In this document: positions 1-13,100 of the stretch, piece by piece | Position numbering within the stretch: the stretch's first letter is position 1 | Layout: each line of letters begins with the position of its first letter | Assembly (NCBI RefSeq): GCF_032062105.1 | Contig: NW_026918910.1 | Span: forward strand, 62,001-126,000 | DNA from: Saccostrea cucullata | Lineage: Eukaryota | Reading direction: 5' to 3' | DNA: 64,000 nucleotides | The notes under the pieces: generated by a model | Database searches by the model: none | The model's input: the letters and a program-made list of their open reading frames with translations, nothing else | Told to the model about the DNA's origin: nothing | Program-made: the position numbers and the translations under genes

Positions 1-761
1 TACATCATTTAAATATATAATGTGTATTTTAATGAACTATTATCAAGCAAAATAATCCATACTTCGCTTGATTTTTATAACAGAAAATATTTATACATTA
101 GGCACACTAATTATATAACTATGAGTATGAAACAAATAACAATTAACAACCAATCATCATTCGCATGCAACAATCATACAGTTATTTCATTTTTCAGACG
201 GATTTTCTGCATATGAAAATAATTCATTACATAATTACTCAGTCTCCTAAAATTACCCTTACTCACTGATCAACAAAAGCAGTTCTTTTCAATTTTTTTC
301 TATAGACGTATCTTCAATATTGTCTTGATATGAAGCAGAAATACATGTATATAGATAGGCCTAGATGATTAATAATGTGAGTGAAGCCTTGATCTTTTTA
401 TCATTACATGTATATTAATAAAAGCTGCAGTAATTTTATTTCATGAGTCAAAGCAAGATTCGGGTTTCTTTTTAAGAGATCCTACCCATGCTATGTGATT
501 TTGCCTCTTAAAATAGATCTGATATCGATGAACAAGGGATTTGTATTACAAAAGTCCAGAAACTTAAAAAACTGCTTGCATAAAATTATCTGGCTAGATT
601 CTTTTTAAAAAGATTAAAAAACATTTTCAATGTTAAAAAAGTTACAAAGTTTTGGCAAAATAACATTTTGGTCTTTGCAATGAGTTTTTTGTCTAAAATC
701 AAGGCCAGAATCTTTTTCTTCTGTAATCTGCTTTAGCTATATGTAAAATAGGCATCACATT

Positions 762-2305
762 CTATTTCTTCGTTTCCATAGCCTTTACATTCAGAGTCTT
801 TGCCAAGTCAACCTGCAAATGGAAAAAGAATAAATAATCTCTTTTTTTTTAAGGTAATTTGATAATTTCTTTAAATCTTACAGCTTAATTTTCTCACTTA
901 TAATATTTTGTATTTCTTGAAGACTTTAGAATAGACTTTGAATATAGAATAGAATTTTTTATATATGGATCAATCTAGAATATTCTTGGGTTAAGGTAAT
1001 TCCATCCTCACAATTTTTTAGGTTCAAAGTAGAAAAACTAAATTTATGTTCATTGAATATACATGTGTAGTTTAAATTAACTAATAACAGCAATAAAAAT
1101 GCATTGGTTGCCATATTTTTTAAGAAGACAATATTAAACAGAAGTGTATGTCAGCTGCATTAAAAATTATTTATTTTAGTAATTAACAATATTATAAACG
1201 TAAGGTAAACAAGAGGCCCAGGGGCCACATCGCTCACCTGAGCAATTGGCTAGGAAAAAGCACATATCAGATCAGAACTGAAAGTTTACTGAAGGGGGGG
1301 GGGGGGGGCTTGAATTTTAACCCCCAGGGGGTCATGATTTGAACAAACTAGATTCTACACTACCTGAGGATGATTCCCTATAAATATCACTATAAGCATG
1401 GCTTTGAAGTACTTGAAAAGAAGATTTTAAAAGGATTCCCTATATATTCCTATATAAAACTTTAATCAGCCATTTGGCCCCACCCTACCCCCGGGGGTCA
1501 TGATTTGAACAAACTTGAATCTACACTACCTGAGGATGATTCCACATGAGTTTCATCTTTCCTGGCCCAGTGGTTCTCAAGAAGATTTTTAAAGATTTTT
1601 CCTACATAGTCCTATGTAAAACTTTTATCTGCCATTTGGCCCCACCCTACCCCCAGGGGTCATGATTTGAACAAACTTGAAACTTGAACTACACTACCTG
1701 AGGATGATTCAACAAGAGTTTCATCTTTTCTGGCCCAGTGGTTCTCAAGAGGAAGATTTTTAAAGATTTTTCCTATGTAAAACTTTGATCGGTCATTTTG
1801 GCCCCACCCTACCCCTCGGGGTCATGATTTGAACAAACTTGAATCTACACTACCTGAGGATGATTCCACATGAGTTTCATCTTTCCTGGCCCAGTGGTTC
1901 TCAAGAAGAAGATTTTTAAAGATTTTTCCTACATAGTCCTATGTAAAACTTTGATCGGCCATTTTGGCCCCACCCTACCCCCGTGGGTCATGATTTGAAC
2001 AAACTTAAATCTACACTACCTGAGGATGATTCCACATGAGTTTCATCTTTCCTGGCCCAGTGGTTCTTGAGAAGAAGATTTTTAAAGATTTTTCCTATAT
2101 ATTCCTATGTAAAACTTTGATCGGCCATTTTGGCCCCACCCTACCCCCGGGGGTCATGATTTGAACAAACTTGAATCTACACTACCTGAGGATGATTCCA
2201 CATGAGTTTCATCTTTCCTGGCCCAGTGGTTCTTGAGAAGAAGATTTTTAAAAAACGCCATTAATTTTTCTCTAATTCATAATTATCTCCCCTTGGAAAA
2301 GGGCA

Positions 2306-2342
<37 letters not shown>

Positions 2343-2431
2343 TAAGGATACTTTGTGGCAAGTTTGGTAGAAATTGGCTCAGTGGTTCTTGAGAAGAAGA
2401 TGAAAATGTAAAAAGTTTACGACAACGACAG

Positions 2432-2493
<62 letters not shown>

Positions 2494-5400
2494 TGCATGG
2501 TTAAATTACATAATTCTGATGCTTAAAGTTCAAAAATAATTTTACTTTTTAAAATACTAGTATTGTGAATATCAGGGAGAGCATTTTACATAATATACAG
2601 GTACAATATAGAAAATACCTGAGTACATGTGGAGTTATTGCCCTTGGCCACATTTTTTTAAAGATTGAATACTAGTAATTGATTAAATAAAGAAAATACA
2701 TGTATATCCATTTTTATAATTCTTTTAATTAAAAATTATTTGGATTACACCTATTGAAAAGCATTCATCAAAAAGATATCTTTCTAATGGGTATGAATGT
2801 ACAGTCAATTCTCGAATTATCGCCATTCGATTCATCGCCATTTTCGCAATACCGCCATGATTTCCCAAGAACGTTTTTCCTGCTATATAAAAATAATACC
2901 GCCATCCGCCACCCTGTTTTAAAAACAAACGTCCATTTTTAAGTGTCAATTACCTCGATATACCGCCACAGGTGCGTGCGGTCAGTGAAGCGCGGCTAAT
3001 TTGTTGACGCTATCCCTGTTGTAAAGCAAAGCCATACAAGGTACATGCAATTAAATAATTAAATTAGAATTAAATGAACAAATAATTTTAATATGAACTG
3101 TTACAATGATTTTGTTCTGTTGTTTTGTTTAAAAAATCATTTAGTCACGGCTTCGCCACGAAAGCGGTAGTTGTGAAAGTAGTACGATAATTTTTTTTAT
3201 GATCTCTGCTTTAAACAATGCAAAGTTTGCTTAAAAATGATTATACGTTATAAATTGTGAACGTTTCACGAACAATGATGCCATAAACAATAAATTTATT
3301 CAACAAACTATTTTACGTAATTGCAATATATAAATCGACCCAGCATGAAAATACATGTACATAACTGCACATGTACATGTCTTTATTTCATAACTGCACA
3401 TTTTGTTTTAAAGAAATTGTACATAAGAATTACTTGAAGTATTTTAAAATTGTAATGTAATTATAAGAAAAGAAACGCTTTATGGTATTTCTTAGAACGG
3501 TAACTCTACTTCTTGTTTCCTAAAATATGGGAAATTCAAATCATCGCCAAATTCGTTATACCGCCATGATTTCTAAATTACAAAAGGTGGCGGTTTATCG
3601 AGAATTAACTGTAGATTAATAAAAACAATTTTTGCAAAAATCTGACATCACAGGAGGGTGGAAATGCCTTAAACTTTACTAGAATCTCTGAAAAATTTAG
3701 TAATAATTTATAAGGAATCCTTTCACATCAGTACTATACTTTATAGGGAAAATAAATGCAACAATTATCTTAATTTAAATATGATGTTGCATTTTGTTCA
3801 CTCTCATACATCATAACATGTAACTGCCTTACCCATATTCTGAACCTTACCACACACTGAAACTGATTATAATGGATATTCCCCTCCCCATATTACACCT
3901 TCTACTCTGGGCATTCAGCATTCTGAATCAGACTATGATATCTCCCTTCCCTATTTATAATTCACAATGTGGGATCTTGCCATATATTGAATCTATACAT
4001 ATACAGTATTGATTCTAACCCAACCCCATTGTTCTTCATATTCTGGAACCTTCCCACATACTGAATTTGATTAGGATGGTAGGGAATTCCTTATCATGTT
4101 GTTCCTCATATTCTGGAAGCTTAACACATATTCAATCTGATTAGGATGGTAGGGAATTCCCCCTCCCCTATTGTTCCCCCTACTCTGACACCTTACTGCG
4201 TATTTAATCTGATTAGGATGGTAGGGAATTCCTCCTCCCCTATTGTTCCCCCTACTCTGACACCTTACTGCGTATTTAATCTGATTAGGATGGTAGGGAA
4301 TTCCCCCTCCCCTATTGTTCCCCCTACTCTGACACCTTACCGCGTATTTAATCTGATTAGGATGTAGGGAATTCCCCCTCCCCTATTGTACTCCCTACTC
4401 TGACACCTTACCGCGTATTGAATCTGATTAGGATGGTAGGAAATTCCCCCTCCCCTATTGTACCCCCTACTCTGGCACCTTACCACGTATTTCATCTGAT
4501 TAGGATGGTAAGGAATTCCCCCTCCCCTATTGTTCTCCCTACTCTGGCACCTTACCGCGTATTTCATCTGATTAGGATGGTAAGGAATTCCCCCTCCCCT
4601 ATTGTTACCCCTACTCTGACACCTTACCGCATATTTATTCTGATTATGATGGTAGGGAATTCTCCCTCCCCTATTGTTCCCCCCTACTCTGGGATCTTAC
4701 CACATATTTAATCTGATTAGGATGGTAGGGAATTCCTCCTCCCCTATTGTTCTCCCTACTCTGACACCTTACTGCGTATTTAATCTGATTAGGATGGTAA
4801 GGAATTCCCCCTCCCCTTTTGTACCCCCTACTCTGACTCCTTACTGCGTATTTAATCTGATTAGGATGGTAAGGAATTCCCCCTCCCCTTTTGTGCCCCC
4901 TACTCTGACACCTTACTGCGTATTTAATCTGATTAGGATGGTAAGGAATTCCCCCTCCCCTATTGTACCCCCTACTCTGGCACCTTACCGCATATTTAAT
5001 CTGATTAGGATGGCAGGGAATTCCCCCTCCCCTATTGTTCCCCCTACTCTGGGATCTTACCGCGTATTTAATCTGATTAGGATGGTAAGGAATTCCCCCT
5101 CCCCTATTGTTCTCCCTACTCTGACACCTTACCGCGTATTTAATCTGATTAGGATGGCAGGGAATTCCTCCTCCCCTATTGTTCCCCTACTCTGGGATCT
5201 TACCGTGTATTTATTCTGATTAGGATGGTAGGGAATTCCCCCTCCCCTATTGTTCACCCTACTCTGACACCTTACCGCGTATTTAATCTGATTAGGATGG
5301 TAGGGAATTCCTCCTCCCCTATTGTTCCCCCTACTCTGGGATCTTACCGCATATTTAATCTGATTAGGATGGTAGGGAATTCCTCCTCCCCTATTGTTCC

Positions 5401-8400
5401 CCCTACTCTGGGATCTTACCGCGTATTTAATCTGATTAGGATGGTAAGGAATTCCCCCTCTGTCGTCACACATCTTCATGTGGATTCTCTCAGGATCACC
5501 AGCCACTAAAACATCATTGTCTTTTTCGGCCTACAATATATTGTAATGTTCAATCTACATGCACATTTTATTTACAGCTTATGTTTATTATTTTATTCAG
5601 TGTATACATGTTTATGTTTATAATATCATGACTTTTCTAGAGATTCTCTTAGTTTTAATTTAAAAGATATTTTGATTTCACATAAAATACCGTATAACGG
5701 GTATTTTTTACGTGCTGCTAATTTTTACTAATTTTTACGAGTTTTATAAATCCGTAAAATTTAAACGCGTAAAATTTCACAGAAGTAAAAAAACGCCTCG
5801 CCTAAATTTTGAACATCGTATTATGAGAGTATTTCAATGCTATCATTGTCATTTAGCTATAAGTACCTGGAGGCTATAGAATTAGTACTGACACCCGTTG
5901 GTATTTTGGGGAACTTTTTAATTGATTATCGATTAAGATCAAACAAGTAAATCTTAATTAATGCACAAATTATACAAACACCGTCAATTACCTGGTTCTC
6001 TTATGGCACGCATAATTTCTGATAATGACTTAATTATTACAAACTGAAGTCTTCAAATTATATCTGTTTTTCAAGACTTTGACCCTTTCTTCTTTTTATT
6101 TGCTTCCAGTAAAAACTTTGACATTTTAATACATCGTAATCCGTGTCCCCTGTAATTCTGTCAACTAATCATGATGGCTTCAGTTGTCTCTCTTTGTTTT
6201 CATTAAAATGAACACGGGCACGTGCTGCGCAAAAATAATGATGTGTAGACATGTGTATTAATTGACAAAGGAATAAATTCAGGCATGTGATATATAAAGG
6301 TATTTAAATGAATAAACATATCACTTAAGGAATAGATACTCGTTATCACGGGAACAATTTCGTTTTTATGTTACATCGGGTTGTCCAGACATATTTAAAA
6401 CATGTATATGTATGTTAACGCATTCAAAACGCTAAAACATTGATCTGGAACTTCACCTCTGATGATTTTAATTTTTACGGACATGCTCAATTCGTAAAAA
6501 TTTAACGCGTAAAAAATAAAATCACCCATTTCAACAGAAATTCGTAAAAATTTACAGCAGTAAAAATTACCCGTTATACGGTATAAGCATGCACAATTTC
6601 CAAAACTTAATCACATCTCATACCCTTTTTTACTTAGGATTTTACAAATTTTGGATGTAAAACAGAAGGGTCAAGTAGACTCTGATTAGCATTGTAACCC
6701 TTGGGCCCCGTGTCTCTTGTCATTACAAGTATATTGATTTACAAGTATATTGATCCACAATACATATGAGGTCCAACAAAAGACATACAATAAAGTGATC
6801 AATTGGAAACATTTCTTATCACACACATGCTTTTACAAGCATTTCATTCACTGAAGCTGAAGACTTACAGGTTCCAGATTACGACATATGCCCATCAGAT
6901 CAGACATTCTGTCCTCAAATCCAGGCATGAAAGAATTAGGATCTATGGCAATAAAACACTGACCCTGTGAAAAATAACAAAAAGAGCATTTAAAACTTCA
7001 TCCATCATCGGAAGCCCACAGTCGGTCTCACTTCTCTACAACCATGGGTTTCTTATGACGAGCATCCTCTAGAAATTAATCAATCACATTGGTCTTCAAT
7101 TTAGAGTCAATGTTGATTAAATATATTTATCTAGGAAAGAAATGTTTATCTATCAAAGCATTTCTGATTGTTTGTATACATTTGATGGTAGGGGATGTAA
7201 AATTATACCAGATTAGCGACTGTTGTGGTGTTTTTCCACCTTCTGATGTTTGGTCCATAAGCTGATCCACTTAAAATGCCACAAAATATCTCCACCAGGA
7301 AGCCGAGGCCGGAACCTTTATATCCACCTTAAATTTAACACAATATGTTATTTCAGAGATTTCTTTAAAATTTTGAATGAACAGTTTTTGTCATTTCTTT
7401 TCAACTGATCAGTTCACTAATGACCAAATATGTCATACTTGTCTCTTCAGCCCCACCCAGTGGCATTTGGCCCCCACCATTTAACACTTCTGTTGGATTA
7501 TTTGTCATCTAAAGAATATAAAACAAGGGTGCCAAAATTCAAAGTATCCTCTCAACCAAATCTTAAAAGGGGAGATAACTTTACAATATTACTTAAAATA
7601 TTGCCTTCTCTTTTAAATGGATGAAGTTGAGGATCAATTAATATGGAATAATGTATGTACACACCTTTCCATGAGCATCTACTCCCCAACTGTCTGGAAT
7701 AGGTATTTGTTTTCTCTCATGTATCTCTATCTGTAAAATTGATCAACTGTGCAGCTAGAACAATGTGTTTTAAAACAAGCTTTTCAAAAGATCTGTGAAC
7801 TTTAAAGAGTCAGTAGAACACATACAGTAAGTAACTTAAGCAATTATTAGTTGAAATGTGCAGTCTTGATATTTAACCATCAGAGAAAGATATCATATAC
7901 AATATATCATGTATATACCTTTCCTAAAGCAGCTGTTGAGGTAGCCATATCCAGAACAAAACTGTCACCATGAAGACCTGGGGCAGCTAAACTTATTGGG
8001 TTGGTCCCAAGAATTGGCTGTAAATGACAAAACACTTTTAATTTTTTATACAGCAAATGTAGCTATTTGCGGGCACATTAAATGACAGATAATGATTTTT
8101 TGTTTCCTTTTTTTTGCAGCAAAAGGGTTCCTTTATTCAGCTAAAATCGAGGGGGAAAAATGGTGATATTGACTTTATTACATAATGATAACCAAATAAA
8201 AACACATAAAAAAAGTTCTGATGTTAAACAAGCATTAATGCAGAAATGCAGAGTCAAAATTTATACTGATAATGGCTATTTTTGACAATGTTACTATTGG
8301 TTTGGTGATGATTAGATAAGTAAGCTATAATGGAAATATTTACAATCAAATTTCACTCCTTGGCATACAAGGAATTTTTAACTCTAATCTACATTATTTT

Positions 8401-9739
8401 ACATTATTTTACATCCTTGACACAAAATGAACAGGTATGTGGAAGCACAGGTGGTAAATTCCAAACCATCCCTAAATAGAACTAGATAAAATTGTCACTG
8501 TCATATGTAAAAGGGACTTTGCAACCAATACTATTATTATGATTAATAGATTAATTTTTATATACACCTGTATTTAACCCTTCTATGTACGTGTATTACC
8601 TTTTTTGCTCGAGTTGGCACTACTAATGGTGATGTGTTGGTAAAGGCCATCCCCTTTAATGATTAGAGGTGATTAATTTCAAAACAACCAGAATTCTTTC
8701 TCAACTCAAAACCTTTTATTATTTATGAAATATTTCCGAATTCATTTTATTTTAATATCTATTCAACTACTGAAAAATCCATTTAAAATCTTGCAATTGA
8801 AATGAATATTGTATAATTTCCATGATTTACATTTATCATAGTCTCATCTGAGAAATACGAGAAATTATTTTTTTAAACATTTTCTTTCTCAAACAAGAGT
8901 AAATTGTATTAAACTGCCATACCAGAAGTCCTTTGTCACTTGCTTTTATTGCATAATGACCAGCAATACCATAATGGTTGGAACCTGTAATGTGGAAAAT
9001 AGAGAGCACACAGAAAACCTGGAGTGTGAAAAAAAACAATCTTTTATTGAATACTGTACTAACCTCTGGCCACAACCCATCCTACTCCAGATTGCTTGGC
9101 TTTAGTTATTGCTATGTCCATACAGAAATTGCCGACCACTGGACCTAGTGCATTCTGTCCATCTACAAAAGCAGTGGCAGGACCCTCCTTCATAATGACT
9201 GGCTCTTTGTCGGAGACTGTTATGCCAGTCTGTATGTCTTTCACATACATATCTATAATTGATGTATATAAAAATGCAGAAATAATCAATGTTTACTGTA
9301 TGAATCCTTGAAATATAAAGGATTTTATTTTACTTTAAGATGTGAGTTTTCCTAATTTGTTTACATTTTTAATTTAATGGCGAAGACGTCAGGCTTATTT
9401 TTCGAAGTTTATCTACCTGTCTGCAGTAAATAAATATGGTCCATAAATAATCTGTAAAGGTATTGGAATCAATACATCAATAATTTATATAGTCCGAGGT
9501 GTATTACCTAATCTATTAAGCCCATGGCTGTAGTGCCCCCTGTAGTCTGCTTGTACCAGAACTTCGGCTAGACTCTCCGCGTGCCCTGGCTTGGTGCCCA
9601 CACATGTCATGCAATCCTTGGCAAATCGTTGTACTTCAGTGTTACTAACGACATCCCATTTTTCGGATGAGAAGTGTCTGGATAAATAAAAGTGTAATTT
9701 ACATCTAGATCTATGAGGTAAACGCTTGCAGAACTGCAT
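762..9739 (-). CDS. Ldh_2 / class II malate-L-lactate dehydrogenase family oxidoreductase (YjmC/ComC-like), about 382 aa, probable mitochondrial presequence
   Basis: Exons (minus): 9508-9739, 9064-9252, 8923-8984, 8600-8653, 7919-8017, 7665-7730, 7439-7508, 7209-7327, 6869-6964, 5420-5530, 762-812. All introns are GT-AG and phases are consistent (1149 nt). Family motifs: [74 protein letters not shown]. Confidence 0.93.
1208..2492 (-). mobile_element. Non-autonomous Helentron-like element (HINE) with about 6 copies of a 162-166 bp Cg170-like satellite
   Basis: On the minus strand: 5' TTTTTAGCTCACCTGAGCCGAAGGCTCAAGTGAGC sub-TIR/hairpin, a GTCC/GTCT microsatellite, central repeats (GGCCCCACCCTACCCC at 1476, 1638, 1800, 1966, 2132), and a 3' CTCAGGTGAGCG..GGCCCCTGGGCCTCTTGTT stem-loop. 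Confidence 0.85.
2802..3611. mobile_element. Tc1/mariner (pogo-type) MITE
   Basis: TIRs CAGTCAATTCTCGAATTATCGCCA / TGGCGGTTTATCGAGAATTAACTG, flanked by TA on both sides. Confidence 0.8.
3830..5460. repeat. 72-bp tandem array (about 18 well-conserved units plus decayed units at 3830-4140) derived from the end of exon 10 and its splice donor in the Ldh_2 gene
   Basis: Period 72 (TTAGGATGG at 4141 and 4213). On the minus strand the unit reads [13 protein letters not shown]|gtaag plus intron sequence. Confidence 0.95.
5690..6581. mobile_element. TA-flanked MITE
   Basis: TIRs CCGTATAACGGGTA(T/A)TTTTTAC / GTAAAAATTACCCGTTATACGG, TA flanks, subterminal CGTAAAA repeats. Confidence 0.8.
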
Positions 9740-10195
9740 TTTTTTCTAGTTTCACTTTCAGAATTTCCAGCTGATGATCAATGTTATTCTTTGACATATT
9801 TTCGCCTCATGATCTTTCACATTTTTTCAATCGCACAAAAGATTAAGACTTTTTCTGTTCGATATCTCTCGAGATTTATCATGCATAGTATTATAATAAC
9901 AGTAGAGGAAATCCGCATTACAATAACCAGGCAGAGCTGTCGCATACGAATTAAGTTGGTGATAGCCAGATAGGAAATAGGTAATGTTTTCACTTACAGT
10001 GTACTTTCATTAGTTTTTTTCTTCACAGCACAAAAAATAAATATGAGTTGTTCATTATATTTAAATTCTCAGTTTATTTCTTTATGTTTATTTAATGTAA
10101 TGCATAAGGTGTTTTAATTCTTGCTAGACTTTATAGAAAATTCGAGTTTGCATCTTTTTTTGTAGATAAAGCACCAGATTTAAGGATACTTAGAG
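9740..10195. promoter_or_regulatory. Probable bidirectional promoter and 5' UTR region between the Ldh_2 gene and IPP
   Basis: Divergent ATGs at 9739 (-) and 10196 (+). A likely non-coding IPP exon ends at AG|gtaatg (about 9980), with an acceptor ttttttgtag at 10165. Confidence 0.55.
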
Positions 10196-13100
10196 ATGGC
10201 TAATAATGGAGAACATTACATTTCTAAAAGGTTTGTGTATAAGGAAATGCGTTTGTAAAGTAATCGGGAAGGAGAAAATGGATGGATGTACCAATGAGCA
10301 GGGATGGGGTAATTGAATAAAGTAATTGTAATTGAGTGTAATTAATTACATTTTTCAAAGTAATTGGAAGTAATTTGTATTTGAGTGAGCTTTCAATTAC
10401 AAGTAATTGAATGTATTTAAATACATTTCAAAAAAGGTCATGTATTTTCAATTACTTTTCAATTACATTTCAATTACTTTTTTCAAAATGAAATTTTATA
10501 AAAAGTTTATATACTGATACACAGTTTTTACACTGGTGGATATATGTACTACCTATTCCCACTTTTTAAAAATCTCAATTCTACCTATTCCCACTTGCAA
10601 GTAACAATAGATGGTTTAGATAGTTAGTTTGTTTTTACAGTAATTATAGACTAACTACATGAACTACATCCCCTTTAAGATTTAAATGTGCATGTATTCT
10701 ATACATTTTAAGATAGAAAATACTGAATAGATTTGTGAGAAATATTAATTTATTTTATTCAAAAATATGGATTCAAGAAAGTAACAAACTTCTTGTCATA
10801 CACCATGCTGGTGTAGCATGAGCTTGTGTTTTTACAATAATTAAATGTCTCATAGTGTTTAATTTAATTTGTTTATACAGTGTGTCACACTGCCCAAGTC
10901 ATTATCGGTAAAGGTCTAAATTGGTCCACGTGTGAACCCCTGTCATATCCAAGAACAAAAACATCCAATAAAAATTCACTATAGAAAAAATCTTATTTTT
11001 ACAAAAAAATCTTTCTTTTTTTTTTTTTAAATAAAACTCAAGTAATTGAAATGTATTTAATTACATTTTTCAAAGTAATTGAAAATAATTAATTACATTT
11101 GAAAAAATCAATGTAATTGTAATTGCAAGTAATTGACAAAATTATCAATGTATTTGAAAGTAATTAATTACATTTCAAAGTAATTGACTTTTTCCAAGCC
11201 TTGACCAAGCCTGCCAATGAGGATTCCTGGAATCAAAAGGACTGTCTGCAATAACACAGAGCTATTCAGGCAGATGTTCAAGGTTCTTCATAAAGCCCAA
11301 AACTCTACATCTCCTTAAATTATCTTTGTCCTTGAAAATACACATTTCTACCCAAAAGTCCTGTGCCATCTGTAGTGATTTAATTATTTTCATCTGCAAG
11401 GCCAGGGTTGTCAATTGAACTGTAAAGAGAGAGGAGAAAAATAAGACAGGGCAGATTGGGATTCGAACCCCGATCACAGAATCTCCAGTCAAGTGCCATA
11501 CCAACTGAGCTTTCTGGCCACCAGCAATTAAATTTTTCTGACAGCCTCGTTCCTCCCTGCATTTATGTCACCAGGGGTTGTTAATTTTGAGGAGTAATAA
11601 AATAATTTCCATAAAAATGCCCAGCCCTCCTAGCTATTACAGTAGATTCCTTATTTTTTGCGAGTACTTATTATCGCAAAGGGCTCTTCAACATCAAATT
11701 GCGATAAAATGATTCGTGAATGGACTGTTGATCAAGAGATTTTACATAGATTTCAGCACCATAAAAATAAAGTTGAGTAATTTTATTTTGCGTGTGGTGA
11801 TTCTCGTGAAATTACGCAGTACTTAATTCCATGCGTATATTTAAGAATTTACAGTATACAATTCTGAAACATATGTCCTTTATTTCATTCCATTTCACTA
11901 GCCAGAGGGTTTTCATACCACTTTGCTGTTTATGAGGAGGGAAATGGACCGTTAAGCCTTAGCAAAAATGCTTTTCTTCATCAAGCAAAAACAATTTGTG
12001 TGGTTTCACTTTGAAATCTCTTTCAGCTACAACCCACAGTTTATGAACAATCTGAAGCAATTGCTAAACTCTCAGCTGTTTTGTGACATCAGTATCCAGG
12101 TCTCAACAGAAACATTCCAGGCTCATCAAGTCGTCCTGGCTGCCGGCGGACAGTACTTCAGGGCCATGTTCTCTAGTGCTATGTATGATGTGGAAAACAA
12201 GCGCATCACTCTACATGACATATCCCCCTCGACATTTCAATCACTATTAACATTCATCTATACAGGTTTGGAAAGTTATATTCATTTACAATACATATAT
12301 TGGCCCTATGTACATGTACTTTAAAATTTTTCGAACTTTTGTTATTGAACACCATTTAAGTGGAAATTTTAGCAATTTGTCCTTGAAATTAGGTATTTAA
12401 ATTTTAGCGAGAAGTAATTTTATCGATTTTATAATGCTCACTTAAGAAGCTATTTCAACTAAAGTGCAAATGATTTTTAGTGGTTTTCAATTTTAGTGAT
12501 CTCTGCACCCAATTAAATCTAAAGCACTAAAAATTCTGCTTATACAGTATTTAAAGCCTGTTCATTTTAATATTTTATCATAATGGCCACTAAAATTGAA
12601 GCGTTTTAGTTTTTTCCCAGTATAACATAGCCAAATATGGCCTTTGTTGAACCTTTGAACAAGTTTTGTGATTTATTTGTAGGTGAGATTGACATAACCT
12701 GGGATAACTGCCAGGATGTTTTAGCAGCAGCGGATATGTTTGGAATTACATGTGTAGTCAGTGAATGCACCAAGTTCTTACAGAAACATCTTGACTGCCA
12801 TAATTGTGTTGGTAAGTTATTATCAACTAATAATACCTATTAAGTTTCATACTGAGACCCTATGCTAATGGCAATCATGAATGATGTGGATATGTCCTCT
12901 ACAAAGATTCAACTTTAAATTTTGATCCAATAAAAAAAAGATATCTGTTAATATGAATAGAAGGAGGATAAGTTTTTTGCTAATATTTCATATACGAGGG
13001 CTGTTCGAAAAGTTCGTGGACAACTGGCATATCTTTTTTATTTGACGTCATATGTTATCCAAATTTGGAAGAAATATTTTAACAATAAATCCAAACGATA

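Noticed and set aside
4146-5509. Plus-strand repetitive ORFs ([17 protein letters not shown]...)
   Set aside because: Antisense by-products of the 72-bp array; no splice or promoter context.
11421-11519. Functional tRNA gene
   Set aside because: A and B boxes are present, but the acceptor and anticodon stems pair poorly and a SINE-like tail follows.
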